The notes beneath the pieces are model-generated. The model was not told the DNA's origin, did not search any database, and saw only the letters and a program-made list of their open reading frames with translations. Made by a program: the position numbers and the translations under genes. From Trichinella spiralis (lineage: Eukaryota): 64,000 bases of DNA. The stretch is taken from positions 2,104,232 through 2,168,231 of the forward strand of contig NW_003526941.1 in the NCBI RefSeq assembly GCF_000181795.1, read 5' to 3'. The first letter of the stretch is position 1. Each line of letters starts with the position of its first letter. This document shows positions 27,198 to 39,100 of this stretch, piece by piece.

Positions 27198-29370
27198 TCA
27201 ACAGCAACTCTGTCCAAAGTGAACAATAAGAATTGTTAATGTGAAAAAAGTGAACACCAACAAAGTCGACGATTTTGCAGCAGTGCTGTGACTGTAGGCA
27301 AACAACGAATTTGGACTGTCTTGATTCACTACTGAAATCAGAAATTACATAATTTTTTAATTGAAGCATTCAGAATGATCGATCGATCGTTCAGCTTTTT
27401 TTACCTTCGTGAATTTCGTAAAGAATCAACGGTGGCCGAGGTGCATGGTGGATCCATGGTTTTTCCATCTCATTACGACTGTTCAATTGATAAATGGAAA
27501 CTTCCGGTATGACGAAATTGTTATTTTCCGTCTGATCAGTTTCGGCTTGCAATGGCAAGCTGTGATGGAAAGCATCTTCGATTACGTCGTTCGAATTCAT
27601 CGCCCACTTGGAATTTTCTTCCATCGACTGTGGGTGCACAGTGGCCGGGGTGGATTTCTCGCGGTCGGGTTTCAATTCGGAATTGACCACTGGCCGCGCC
27701 TCTTTGATTGCTTGCCTGAAGCTGTTCGATGTCGGCTTTATACGGACGCGGAATTTCATATTAGCCGATGAGCACAGTCCACCTTGGCGTTTGTGAATAC
27801 CTGGCATAGAGCCGTCTGATGTTGCTGGAGAAATAACAACAAAATCAAAAATGGTACAGATGTATATATATATATATATATACAACTTACTTATAAAATA
27901 ATAAGTTTGGCCGGGTTCGAATTCAAGACCGTTTGGTATTGGAGTGAATTCGCGGAAAATTAGCTTGATCGCTGTTTCTGTATACGGGCTGTAGCATTGA
28001 CCGACGGGTCGTTCATTGTCCAGTAGACAATTTTCAAAGCCGTACTCAGATACCATGTAAATGATGCTGTACTCGGCTTGATCAAGCGTCACCGTGTCAT
28101 TGTAAAGCGGGCAAATAATTTCCAACGAATCCATCAATTCTGCTTCAAGTGAAGCAGACTCAGATGGCGAGTGAAATCTTAAACAAAAATAGGTTATTCT
28201 TTTAAACGGAGATTGTATTCATTTATTATCTTGTTCTTTCTATTATTATTCTTTTCATCAAGCTAAGTAATGTTGTACAAGTGTCAATTATGTTGGAAAT
28301 TTTCAACTATACATGTAATATTTAATTTTCACACGATATCGCATAGATTGGCATGTAAACTGATTTTTGAAACTATGTCAAGCGTAGTCGCATTTTCAAA
28401 TTCTCGACAAGCAAGTAAGCAAGCAAATCAAACACTGACACACGCAGCTGTGATGAATAGGAGTGGAAAGAGGCTTTTCACTGTTAATATTGCCACCCCT
28501 GTGACGAGCCCATTTTTATATTTTTCTTATTTTTCTCAACAATAAACGAAACGCTAAATTCCACTAGCTGCAGGTACGCATGCCCTCTTGAACAATAGAA
28601 AAGTAAACGGATTGATCTTTTTTTTAAAAAAAAGGCAACCAGCAAGGGTCATCGTAGACATTTTTCACGCTTACGAGCTAGGGTCATGGTTCCACGGATT
28701 CACCGCTTGGAAAACAATCAGATAACGGGAAGTGGGCACGCGAGGACAAATTTACACACCACGTTCATCGTGCAAACAACGTCAAGTTTCCGGTCTCTTC
28801 GAGCCGGAAGATTCAGCGGCGACCCGACCAACAGAGATTGAGAGAGCGAAAGAGAATGTAATAATAACGACAACATTCCGTTGCTATTTTTAGCTAACTG
28901 GAAAATGAAGCAGAATGAAAATCGAATAAAAAAATTCCCTCGACTCAATGAAATTATCAATTCCAATGAAAACTGGGGGAGAAAAGAATTTCTGTTTCAT
29001 TATTAGTAATGTATATGAGAGCGAGTGAGTGGACAAAACCAAATGTGGAGCAGTGAAAATAGTACCGGACGACCTGGAGTGCAAGCACCAGTAGAAGAGC
29101 ACTTGATAAAAAAATGGCAGTTGTTCAAAAGAGGGCCAAATATGGGAATGGTTAAAGCTGCCGCTTGTATGCCCAGAGCTGTATGTATATATCAGTTCAG
29201 CTATGGGTTCGGCCGTGGACACCTGCCATTTTCTTTTTCTTATTTAATACTGAAAAGAACTAAAAAGTGGTCAGCACTTACATTGGGTTGCTTGAGTTCC
29301 AAAAGACATCGGGCAGCTGACGGCCGAGACAGCTCATCGAAAAGCTGAACAACAGCAACAGCATTAGCAT
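27198..29370 (-). CDS. GPI-type ephrin, copy 1, about 309 aa. Exons 29282-29370, 27891-28177, 27405-27824, 27198-27331
   Basis: Signal peptide, then DVFWNSSNP, DSLEIICP, EYSIIYMVSEYGFENC, FREFTPIPNGLEFEPGQTYYFI and GGLCSSANMKF. Ends in a hydrophobic tail (SSTLLVFTFFTLTILIVHFGQSCC*) with no cytoplasmic domain. Confidence 0.93.
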
Positions 29371-32300
29371 TGTCACTAGTGGTCGGTCTTTGAATGATTC
29401 TATCTGTGCAAAGTGGTCGTCGTTGTAAGCAGAAGAAAACTGCAAAAAGCCAAAGCCAGAGAGGCAGCAGCACCGACGCGCGAGGCAAAAAACAAACACA
29501 ATGAACTGCCGTCGACGTGAAATGGCTTCGCGCGCTTTTTCACCGTAGGCGGAGCTTGAATTTTAACTGACCAATCACCGCGAATAAAGCAGCGAGTCAC
29601 AACAAATCGAGCAAACGTTCAATGCAACCGAAGCGGCATGTGTGTGTGCGTGTGTGTAGGCGGCATCAACTGGAAATAAAGCGCGCGTCAAGGCAAAAAA
29701 AACCAAAAATTGTTCTCCTCTTTTTGTTAATAATAAGTTGACTTCACTGAGGGGTCAGCATTTAAACTGCGGCTAATTGACCTGTTTTCTTTATCTTTCC
29801 ATGCGTATATTTTGCATAAATTAATTTAGATCACTTACTGCGGTCTTTATAATTGCATTTTTTGTGTATTCTTCTTTAAACTAAACTCTCCTTATACAAA
29901 TAATGCAAACATAGCAATAAAGTTGTGGGTAATATGACGCCACTGTGAATTCCCTCCTATTGTCTGTAGTAACTTTTTTACGACTGATCCTCAACAAGCT
30001 GTTATGGTGGCTAGGGCAAAATGGCTATCGAGGTCGTAAATCACCGTACTATCGATGGCGCCATATTGGATCAAAATGGCGAAATTGTTAAATTGCGTGC
30101 CGATGGTGGATGAGTGAAAAGGCGCCGAAAGGGCGCTTGCTTTGTCCTCGCATTGTGCAGATTTACGTCCTCTGACATTAGTTGATTGTTATCAATCAGC
30201 TTTGACAGAAAGATGATAAGAAAACCCACTGACTCATCTACATATGTAGATGTTTATTTCTGTATGCATTATGAATTTAGTTTTTCCTTGTAATTTAATC
30301 AATTCGACAATATATTATTTATAAAGCCGGTAGAAAGTTTTCTGCTTTTCTTTACTGTTGATGAAAGAGTTCTGTCAGCGTATTGGCGTGATGTGAAGTG
30401 GTTTTCTTTTGACTAGGCTTAACAGGTGCAAATTGATGCCGATTTGACAAATTTTTTTGTATCGCATCTTATTGTATTGGTTGGGTATCGTTTCAGTTAG
30501 CGGCTAATTGAATGCAAACGCACGCGGTTCGTTCAGCTGGATCTGTTTTTAGTCGTTCAGGCGTTGAAAATAGTTTTTCTCGCTTCGCATAACAATTAGG
30601 TTGACCAGCTGCTTTTTGAAAGTGACCACTGACTGCAGGCGAGTTCAGCGTTGTTTGCAGCGAACGGGCTTTATCTTTGCTCGTTTAAATCTGCAGTAGT
30701 GAAGATATACTTTATTAATAGTTGTTTCTTCTTTGTTTTTTAAATGAACTTCTCTTACAACTTTGCACATCACATCTGCCCGCCGTTTCTCTACAATTTG
30801 TAGAGCAGAATTTTCTTTTTCTAGTTGATTTTATTTCTTTCCCTTTTTCTTATCAGCTACTATCCAATCGAATTGACGTCATAAGCGTTGTGAAGCTTCT
30901 CATACATAGTTAGATGCTATTTTGACCACAAGATCGATATTTTACAAAAAAAGCCTGTTATTTATACATTTATTATCTTTGAAATGCTGTATTGTAGTGA
31001 TAGAATTTGTGGAATATATATATTGTACAAGTAGTAAAAGCTGAGGATGACTGTTGAAAGCTTTGGGGCGATTTAAAGAAATGAATGGACATTTTTACCT
31101 TTTTAAGAATCGATTTTCGACTTAAAGCTTGGCGTCTGAATTAGTCTTATTAGTTTGAGGAAACCTAGTTCAGCTGAGGTCACAGAATTAGTCGGATTTT
31201 GTGTAAAAGGCGAACAGTGAAAACAAGTGAAGCCAATCACTAATCCGGTAGGCAATCCCATTTTGCGCACCAGGAATCCCTTTTTTTCTCTCTCCCCTCC
31301 CTTCCCCCTTCTTTTTCTTTTACATGGTTCATCATTTTATGGAAAATCAGCAGGTGCTTGCTAGTTTGGCGGCTTCATTTTAAAGTTAGCCCGAAACTCT
31401 GACGAGTAAGCAGATTGATGCTAGTACAGCAGATGACAGGTGCGGCCGGAGGCTAAGTCGATTTTAATTGCAACTGAACAACAAGCTTCGTGTGCTCAAC
31501 GAACTAACTACTGACGACAATCGTTATCATTGTTGCTGCTGTTCATTCTTCATTTACTCTTCTCTGCTTTTCTATGTGTTGTTGTTGTTGTTGTTGTTGT
31601 TCAACAGCATGTTGCTGTTGTTTCATTGATCAGAAAAAAAAAGATTTGCCAAATGTTCGCGAACCTAGTTCAAAAATTTCACTCTCTTCCAAACTGACTG
31701 AAACATCCAACGTCAGGTGCTTTTTTCAATATTACACTGACCAATGGTTTTTTTTCTCATGACAAGCTCAAATTTAAGCTTGAAACGAAATTTGGCAGCA
31801 GTTCGTTTGAAAAATGGCCCCTTTTCCAATTCATCATCAACATTCCGCTTTTATTGAACTGAATGTTTGGGCTGCCAAGGGGGAGGGGGCAGGGGGAAGA
31901 AGTATTTTTCGTTTGTCAATACGAAAATTTTCCAGCAGTGTGATGATTTGAATTTTTACAAATTTCAATTTTGCTTCATCATCTTCTGCTTCAATTATAC
32001 GACTGCAATGCGTGCGTATAGTCATCGGGAAAAACAGTTCATTTTACAAAGACTGACGATATCAACGATCGTCAGTCATGTATGCAATGGGAGAAATTGT
32101 TCGTCGTTGTTGTTGCTGTTGGTCTTGGCATTGACCGACCAGATGTATAATATTATTTTTTCGGTCGCTTTTGTTGTTGAAATCAATGTTGTATAGAATG
32201 AAAAGAAATTGATCGTAAAATTTAAAATGACCAAAAAAGGAAAAATATGCCACCCTGTTGAAAATTGTGAATGTTTTTTTGCCCACCATATTGTGTGCAA

Positions 32301-33999
32301 ACAAAATTTATACGTCCAATTTTTTTTGTATTTTCAATTTGAAGTGTTGCTATGAGCGTCATCAGTGGTCGAAAGGGTGCTTGTACAGGTGCTTGAACAA
32401 GTTGAATGCATTGTGCAGGGTCGTGGCGCCCGCTGGGAGATGCCTTTTCGAATTGAATGTTGATGAATAGTGTGTAGAATGATGGAAGACCACCCGCTTG
32501 TATTTGTATGCACGCGAATTGAGCGTACTGGCCAAACAGCGACCGCAGGCGGTTGGTGATCGCATTGTGCCGTCGGTGCCGCGCCATGCGGAGACGATCA
32601 CCTGATCAGCATGGAAATCGACACAGTCCGTTGTGGTCGTCTGTCTGCTCCGGAGGCGAAGTCTTTGACTACCCAGTCACAGCGTGCATGTCAGAGTTTC
32701 GTCGAACAGAAGGGACAAAACAAAAAGCTATGGAAATGGACCTTTCAAAGTTGCCTTTTCATCCAACAGTAATTGGATCGATAAAAAAAACGTATAATAA
32801 GCATTATGCTGAGACTTGGCCGAATTGTGACTATCGTTCGTTTTTTCATTGCGATGGAGCCAGCTAATGTTGACTCGTCTGGCTGCTTGTCGCGGGATGT
32901 TGGTGGTCGGTTGCCGCCACAGGATGCTCGAGTGGCGTGTTTAATCCGCTTAGGTCATTGGTTGCGTCAACGATTGGGCAGGGAAAAGTTGACGGTGACG
33001 CATTTTGAGATCGACGTGCCGATCCGCTTGCAAAGCTCTTTGCAATGTCAAGTGGCGTGCGTGGTCTTCTGCTGGCCACTGCACCACCGCAAGCGCAGAT
33101 TAACGCCCGAGCCGAAACTGAGCAACCGAGTATCCGATGTTGCTGTTGCAATAGCAAACAGCTACAATGGACGGACAAAATTGTTTGATTTTCGTTCGTC
33201 TGCTCAGAACTGCCTGCCTGCTTGTCAGTCTCGGCTTGCTCAGCATCTGGCGAAGCGACGAGAACAGGTTGACTGATGACTACTGACCGGCTGACTACTT
33301 GCTGATGGTGGATGAATCATCATTGCAAGAAACATTTTTCCATATTGTTCGTTTCTTTAAGAAAAAGCCGAAGCATTATTTCAGTTGCACAACTTATTCG
33401 AAATTTTGGTTAATTAATTAATTCATACAAATCTGTGCGTTCACAAGCTCAAAGTACAAACAAATTGTGCTTATTGCTCATTTTTATTTATTCACTTTTT
33501 GGCTGGAAAGCTTTTTTTTTCTTGTTGTCAATGTTTGTTTGGTCTCTTCAAGTTTTCGGGGTTTCTTGTTCAAATGTTAAGATGCACTGTAATGGCAGAC
33601 CTAATTGGATTAATTGCATAGGCTAATTGAGTACCAGTTTTGTTGTGCAAACAATCTTTTCTTTCAAGTGGGCTTTAAAAAACAATCTGCCACTGTTTCC
33701 AGTGTACGGAATTTGGTTGAATTTATTTAAAACGAAAAAAGATTGCAAAAAGTTTTCCATTATTTTATTCACAACGAATTGTCCAAAGGGGTAAATTGTC
33801 GCTGAGAAAAGCATTTCACTTTATACCATTTGCTAATAGTAGCATAGCGCAGTGATTGATCAACTGATTGATTGATTGATTGATTTATCCGCATTACCGG
33901 TGCTGCTTCTGGACAGCGATAATGTGAATAGTAGTTTGTTTCCTTTTGTTCTGATGTCCCTGAAGAATGATCAGAAAAATTCTTACTTGCTTTAACACA

Positions 34000-34065
34000 G
34001 ATATATATATATATATATATATATATAGCAAAACAACAAACTGCTTTCAGTATTATATATATATA

Positions 34066-34101
<36 letters not shown>
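34000..34101. repeat. (TA)n microsatellites
   Basis: Two long TA runs are directly visible. Confidence 0.9.
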
Positions 34102-34106
<5 letters not shown>

Positions 34107-34162
34107 GCTGCTTTTAGAGTGAAAATGAAAATTTTCAGAATTTGGTTTGTTATATTTAGAAT

Positions 34163-34458
34163 AGGGGATAAAAAAGCATTTACTGATGAATAGTAGTGGT
34201 TGAGTGTCAGAAAATGCCGATGCAACGTGGAACTGGTTAGTTTAGTTTAAGCAGTTTGTTGTTTTGCTTCTTTAAAGAAAATTTTCCACTACTTTCAAAG
34301 CTCAGCCTTTGAAATTCCCATTCCTCGTGTTGATTTCACTGCTCATTCAATTCAAAATGAAACAAAAATTTATATTCATCATCATCATCAACTCTGCACA
34401 GCTGTACCGATTTGTATTTGATTGAATTTTATCAAATTGAACACGAAAACTATTATTA
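34163..34458 (+). repeat. Dispersed repeat copy A, inverted relative to 38540-38780
   Basis: Matches the reverse complement of copy B, e.g. aaaaagcatttactg...agtggttgagtgtcagaaaa and aaaaatttatattcatcatcatcatc...ctctgcaca.ctgtaccgat.tgtatttgatt.aattttatcaaattgaaca. Carries about 60 extra nt in the middle. Confidence 0.85.
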
Positions 34459-34513
34459 GCTGAACAACGAAAAATTTACAGAAATTTACGAAATCGAAAA
34501 TTTGACCACAAGG

Positions 34514-34597
34514 TGATTCAGGGAATTTGATTTTCAAGTACAATGATGATTCAGGGAATTTGATTTTCAAGTACAAGTACAGTTACAAGTACAAGTA
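34514..34597. repeat. Short tandem duplication (tgattcagggaatttgattttcaagtacaa x2) followed by AAGTAC-type repeats
   Basis: A direct repeat of about 30 nt is visible at about 34514 and about 34547. Confidence 0.85.
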
Positions 34598-36177
34598 CTT
34601 TTTATGCTAGCATGATCTATTTACTGCTGTCTTGTCTACTGTATAATGGTCATTTATATTTTTCAGTTTTCTTCAGTTGAGAAATTCACAGCCTTCATCA
34701 TGAGGGAGGGGGGTCGTATGTTTGTTTGGAACTTCGTGTGCACATTTATCATTTGTTGTAAGAAATGACTATTACCGGGAAACTTATTTGACTTCAGTAT
34801 TAGAATAACTTTAAACCATGAATTTACTTTTGCTGAATTTTGGTTTTTCAAAGTTTGAGCAGCTTGAAAATGCACATTAGTGACTAATTTTTAAAGAACA
34901 TAGTTGTGGAATTGTGCAAAGTGAATTTCGTCTTATCTCCGCGTTATCTATTCTTAACATCGCAACGAAACTGTTGACTTCTTACTGATTGAGTGTCAGC
35001 ATTTCTATGAACGTTAAAAAATTCGTTTTGTATAGCATATAAGAAGGCGAACCAAAAATGCTGAAAATGAAAAACTGTCTTTCTGCTTTGACTGTACGCA
35101 AAGTAAACGATCTGTTATGGGTGAGTGCATCACAAAACATCCCACCTAACCGTGGGATTCAGAGGTGATTATCAAATGTAAACAGAATTTGATCTTCGTT
35201 GGCATAAATTAACCAACAGAGTGGACAAAGATTGTATTAGAATAGGATTTTGATTAAATAAATGACTACTGTATTGTATGGCTTCGTTTGATCGATTCGA
35301 ACATGTCGAATTAGCATCAGTCCAAGATGGTGCAGTGTTCATGATGATGATTTGTAGAACTGTTGATTTTAATCGTCTGTTTTGTTCCAGACAGTTCAAG
35401 CGTTCGTTAGTGGCTTAATTGAAATCTGACGGCTGATTTGATCAGTTCTGCTGGTTTTTCCCCCTTTATTCTCAGTTTTCATTACAACGACACTTCAACA
35501 ACCAATCACCCTTGGGCGTTGTTGCGTGCAGATTGCGGTTAGCACAGCTTGGCCAGCCTGCACCTCTTCAAAACTATCGATCCTCTCCCCCACTCCTTCC
35601 TTTCTTGCCCAGTTAGCGCCTGATTGATTGATTCACTCACATGTCTGCAGGTGGCCGGCCGGCTGCCGGCGCATCATCTTTTTCAAATTTCAATCAGAGT
35701 GGCAAGTCGTTGTGAACAGGCGATGACCACACGTCAAGCCTGGTATAAATGAGATTACTACCAATCGATGCCATAGTCGACGTCTGGAAATTTGACCCTC
35801 GGGTTTGGTTCCGGTCGTCTGGGGAAATATGTCGGTTTATTAACCGCACATAGTCCGCACAGTTTATCATCATCATAAACCGCAAACATAAATAGAAATG
35901 TGCATTTCTTATATTGGACACCAGGTATTTATTTTGGTATTGAAAATCTATAAGTACAGCACAATGAAAATGAACAGAATGACATTAACAGCAGCAGTTA
36001 GAGAGAGAGAGAGAGAGAAGAAAAGAAAAACGGAAAAAGAAGAAAACACAACTGAATAACCACCAGTAACAGTGTTGCATTTTAGTGACTAGTGAACAAA
36101 TGAGCACCTGATATTCTGTTGTTGTTGTTTTTTTTGTACAAAACTCCTCGACTTAACCAACCAATTAAGTTAACTGA

Positions 36178-39100
36178 TCACCAATTCATAGAGAGCAGCA
36201 GTACTGAAACAGCGCCAACAATGGTGCATCGAATTGATCCTTTCAGCTTCGCGTTGCTGCTGCTACTCAAACCGAGAGCTTCGAGTTCACCATTCGACAC
36301 TGCAATATATGAAATGTTGAAAATAGAATAATTCAGTTCATCAACAACGAAAATATTATTTTTCACTTACGTTCATGAATTTCATACAATATTATCGACT
36401 CCGTCTCAGGCTGCCTACGTAGAATTGTATTCGGATAGACGAAATCTTCAAGCTGCTTTCGGTTTGAAAGCGGTACATCGACCCGGTAACTGCCAACAGT
36501 GTCGTCCACTGGTCGGCTTGTTCGCCTCGTTTGTTCTGCTTTGGAAACATCCTGATTAGGCGACGTCTTTTGACGAGCATTGTCCATGTCGTTGGACATC
36601 TGTGAACCGGGAGAATTGGTCGTCGCTGAACCAGGCAGTGAGTCGCGGTACTTTAGTAGCCACTGAGGATGATGTATGTTGGTTTGCTTTTTCAACGATC
36701 TGTGATTGTCTTCTCGACCGCGCCGGATGTGAACCAGCATTTTCAGATTGTTAAAACTGCACAAGCCATCGGATCGTTCGTGCATACCTTCGGCTGATCC
36801 GTCTGAGGTGGCTAAAATGAAAATACAATAATTTCATTTCAGTTTTTCCACATCACCATCAAAACGTGAACGTACAGATGAAATAATAATTGTGGCCGGG
36901 TTTGAATTCTAAACCGTTTGGCATTGGAGTGAATTCACGTAAGGTGAGCTTTATTATCGAGTCGACATATGGACTCGAACATTGGCCTACTATGCGTTCT
37001 TTATCAAGAATGCAGTTGTCGTAGCCAAATTTAGATACCTATATTGAAGCGAAAAGCCGAACATTATTACTCGTTTATGTTATTGTTGTTTAAGTTTAGC
37101 GTCTCTTCCATCAGTCGTAAAACTTACCATGTAAATGATGCTATGCTCGGCTTTGTCTTGTGTTACTGTGTCAGTATATTTTGGACAATGAATGTCCACT
37201 GAATCTCTAATGTCAGCATAGACGATTAATCCAGCACTGTTGGCAGTGAACCTAGAACAAATCTCTGCTGTAACTGGTGGTGATATGGAAACGACCTTGA
37301 CGTCAGGGTAATGCAAATAGAATTTTTTGTCCTTGGGCGAGGTCTGTTTCTCCTGCTGAGGGAGAAATGAAGTTACGTCGCCGTCTATCCTGTGCCTATT
37401 GTTCACTAAATATTGTAAACTTGTGCATGCATTTTCTCATTGTACTCTCCCGGAGACCTCTGAAAAAAAACGGTAGTGGACGTTTAGCGCTGTCCACTCT
37501 GTTAATAGTGAAGCTCAATAAGCGGCCAGTTGGGACAATGAGCCATTTGCAGATTGGCATGGCGTGAGAAACGGAACCAAGAACGACCTGATCTCAAATT
37601 TGACCCTGATTGAAGCGTCGTGATGGCGGCCAAATAGCCACACGGTCGGTCAGCGAAAAGAAGCTATGCGTGTCAATTGGGAAAAGCTGATTCACTTCAG
37701 CTACATTATTAAAACCCTGGACGCTGATTTCTCCAGCGAATACATGTAAATTTCGATGTGCTATTGCGAAGTGATTATTTTTTCTTGATTTCATTATAAA
37801 TATATAAATGTAAATTAGCCGAACAGAAAATGAAAAAAAGGCCTTGACACTGGTTGAATTGAGTGGAAAATCTGCTTTATCGGTGAACGACAGATGAGTA
37901 AGGAAAAAACACAAATAATGACTTTTCACACGCTTGAATTCAACAGGGAGTTCGTGAGCAATTTTGTTTGATAATGTTTTTTTTCATGATGCTTCTTTCC
38001 AAATGATAATAATCAAAGAAGGTTAATTGGAAAACTTTTTACGTAAACAGCGTCTTTCCACTCGATTTACTAGATAAGATGACCATACTGGAACCAGAAT
38101 TCTCAGAATATTATATGCAATAATTAATGATAACAAAAAGTTTTTCAATATCAGCTTTTCTTCACGTTTTGCATTTTTTTCCAATGAAAACAAGGAATTT
38201 TGCTATTTTTTAATAATTCAAAGTTCATTAGTTAAAACTGTTCACTATGTTGGAGTTTTCATCACGAAGCATCAGACTGATTAATTAATTAATTAATTAA
38301 TTGGCTTACTTCTACTTCTAATGCTTGCATAACTATTCTATGTCAATACAATATCGTTAATCATCATTGTATTTGAAAATCGAAAACCCTGAATCATATG
38401 ATTCAAATGAAGAAGAAAATAATATTGAAAAATGTCTTTCACATCCTACAGACGAATCATTTTAATTTGTACATTATTTTTGATAAAAATTTCCAATATT
38501 GTAATAATAGCTATTGTTAATGATTGTGTTTGTAATAGATAATAATAATTTTCATGTTCAATTTGATAAAATTTAATCAAATACAGATCGGTACAGTTGT
38601 GCAGAGTGGATGATGATGATGATGAATATAAATTTTTCTTTCGCTTTGAATTGAATGAGCAATGAAATCAACATGGTCAGCAAGCATGCTGCTTAAACTG
38701 AACAAACCAGTTCCGCGCCACATCGTCTTTTTCTGACACTCAACCACTGCTATTTAGCAGTAAATGCTTTTTTACCCCTCTTTTAAGCCATACTAACGAC
38801 TGATCAAACATCAAATTACAATAAAGAACAAACATCCGCACCATTTGCATATATTTATTTATTTATTTATTTATTTGCTTTTATTTTATTGCAATGAATT
38901 CCCTTGGTTTATCTGATTTGTCGATTTTTTTCAAAGGAATGCAATTGTTTGAACAATTAAGTCAAGCATTTGAACGCGGTGCATCAATTTCCAGACTAAC
39001 GAGAAACTGAAAAACTTTTAAAGCTAGACTACACTGCACCTACTCGGAGCAATATTTCTTCTAATAACGACTTTTGAAAATTATCGAAAAAACAATACAA

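Noticed and set aside
28718..28966. ORF with a signal-peptide-like stretch as a possible first exon of ephrin copy 1
   Set aside because: The true first exon, with WNSSNP and a gtaag donor, is at 29282-29370.
31574..31762. Poly-Cys ORF resembling a metallothionein
   Set aside because: Arises from a (TGT)n microsatellite.
34514..34597. Direct repeat of about 30 nt as a possible CRISPR-like array
   Set aside because: Only two near-adjacent copies with no spacers, in a eukaryotic context; a simple tandem duplication.
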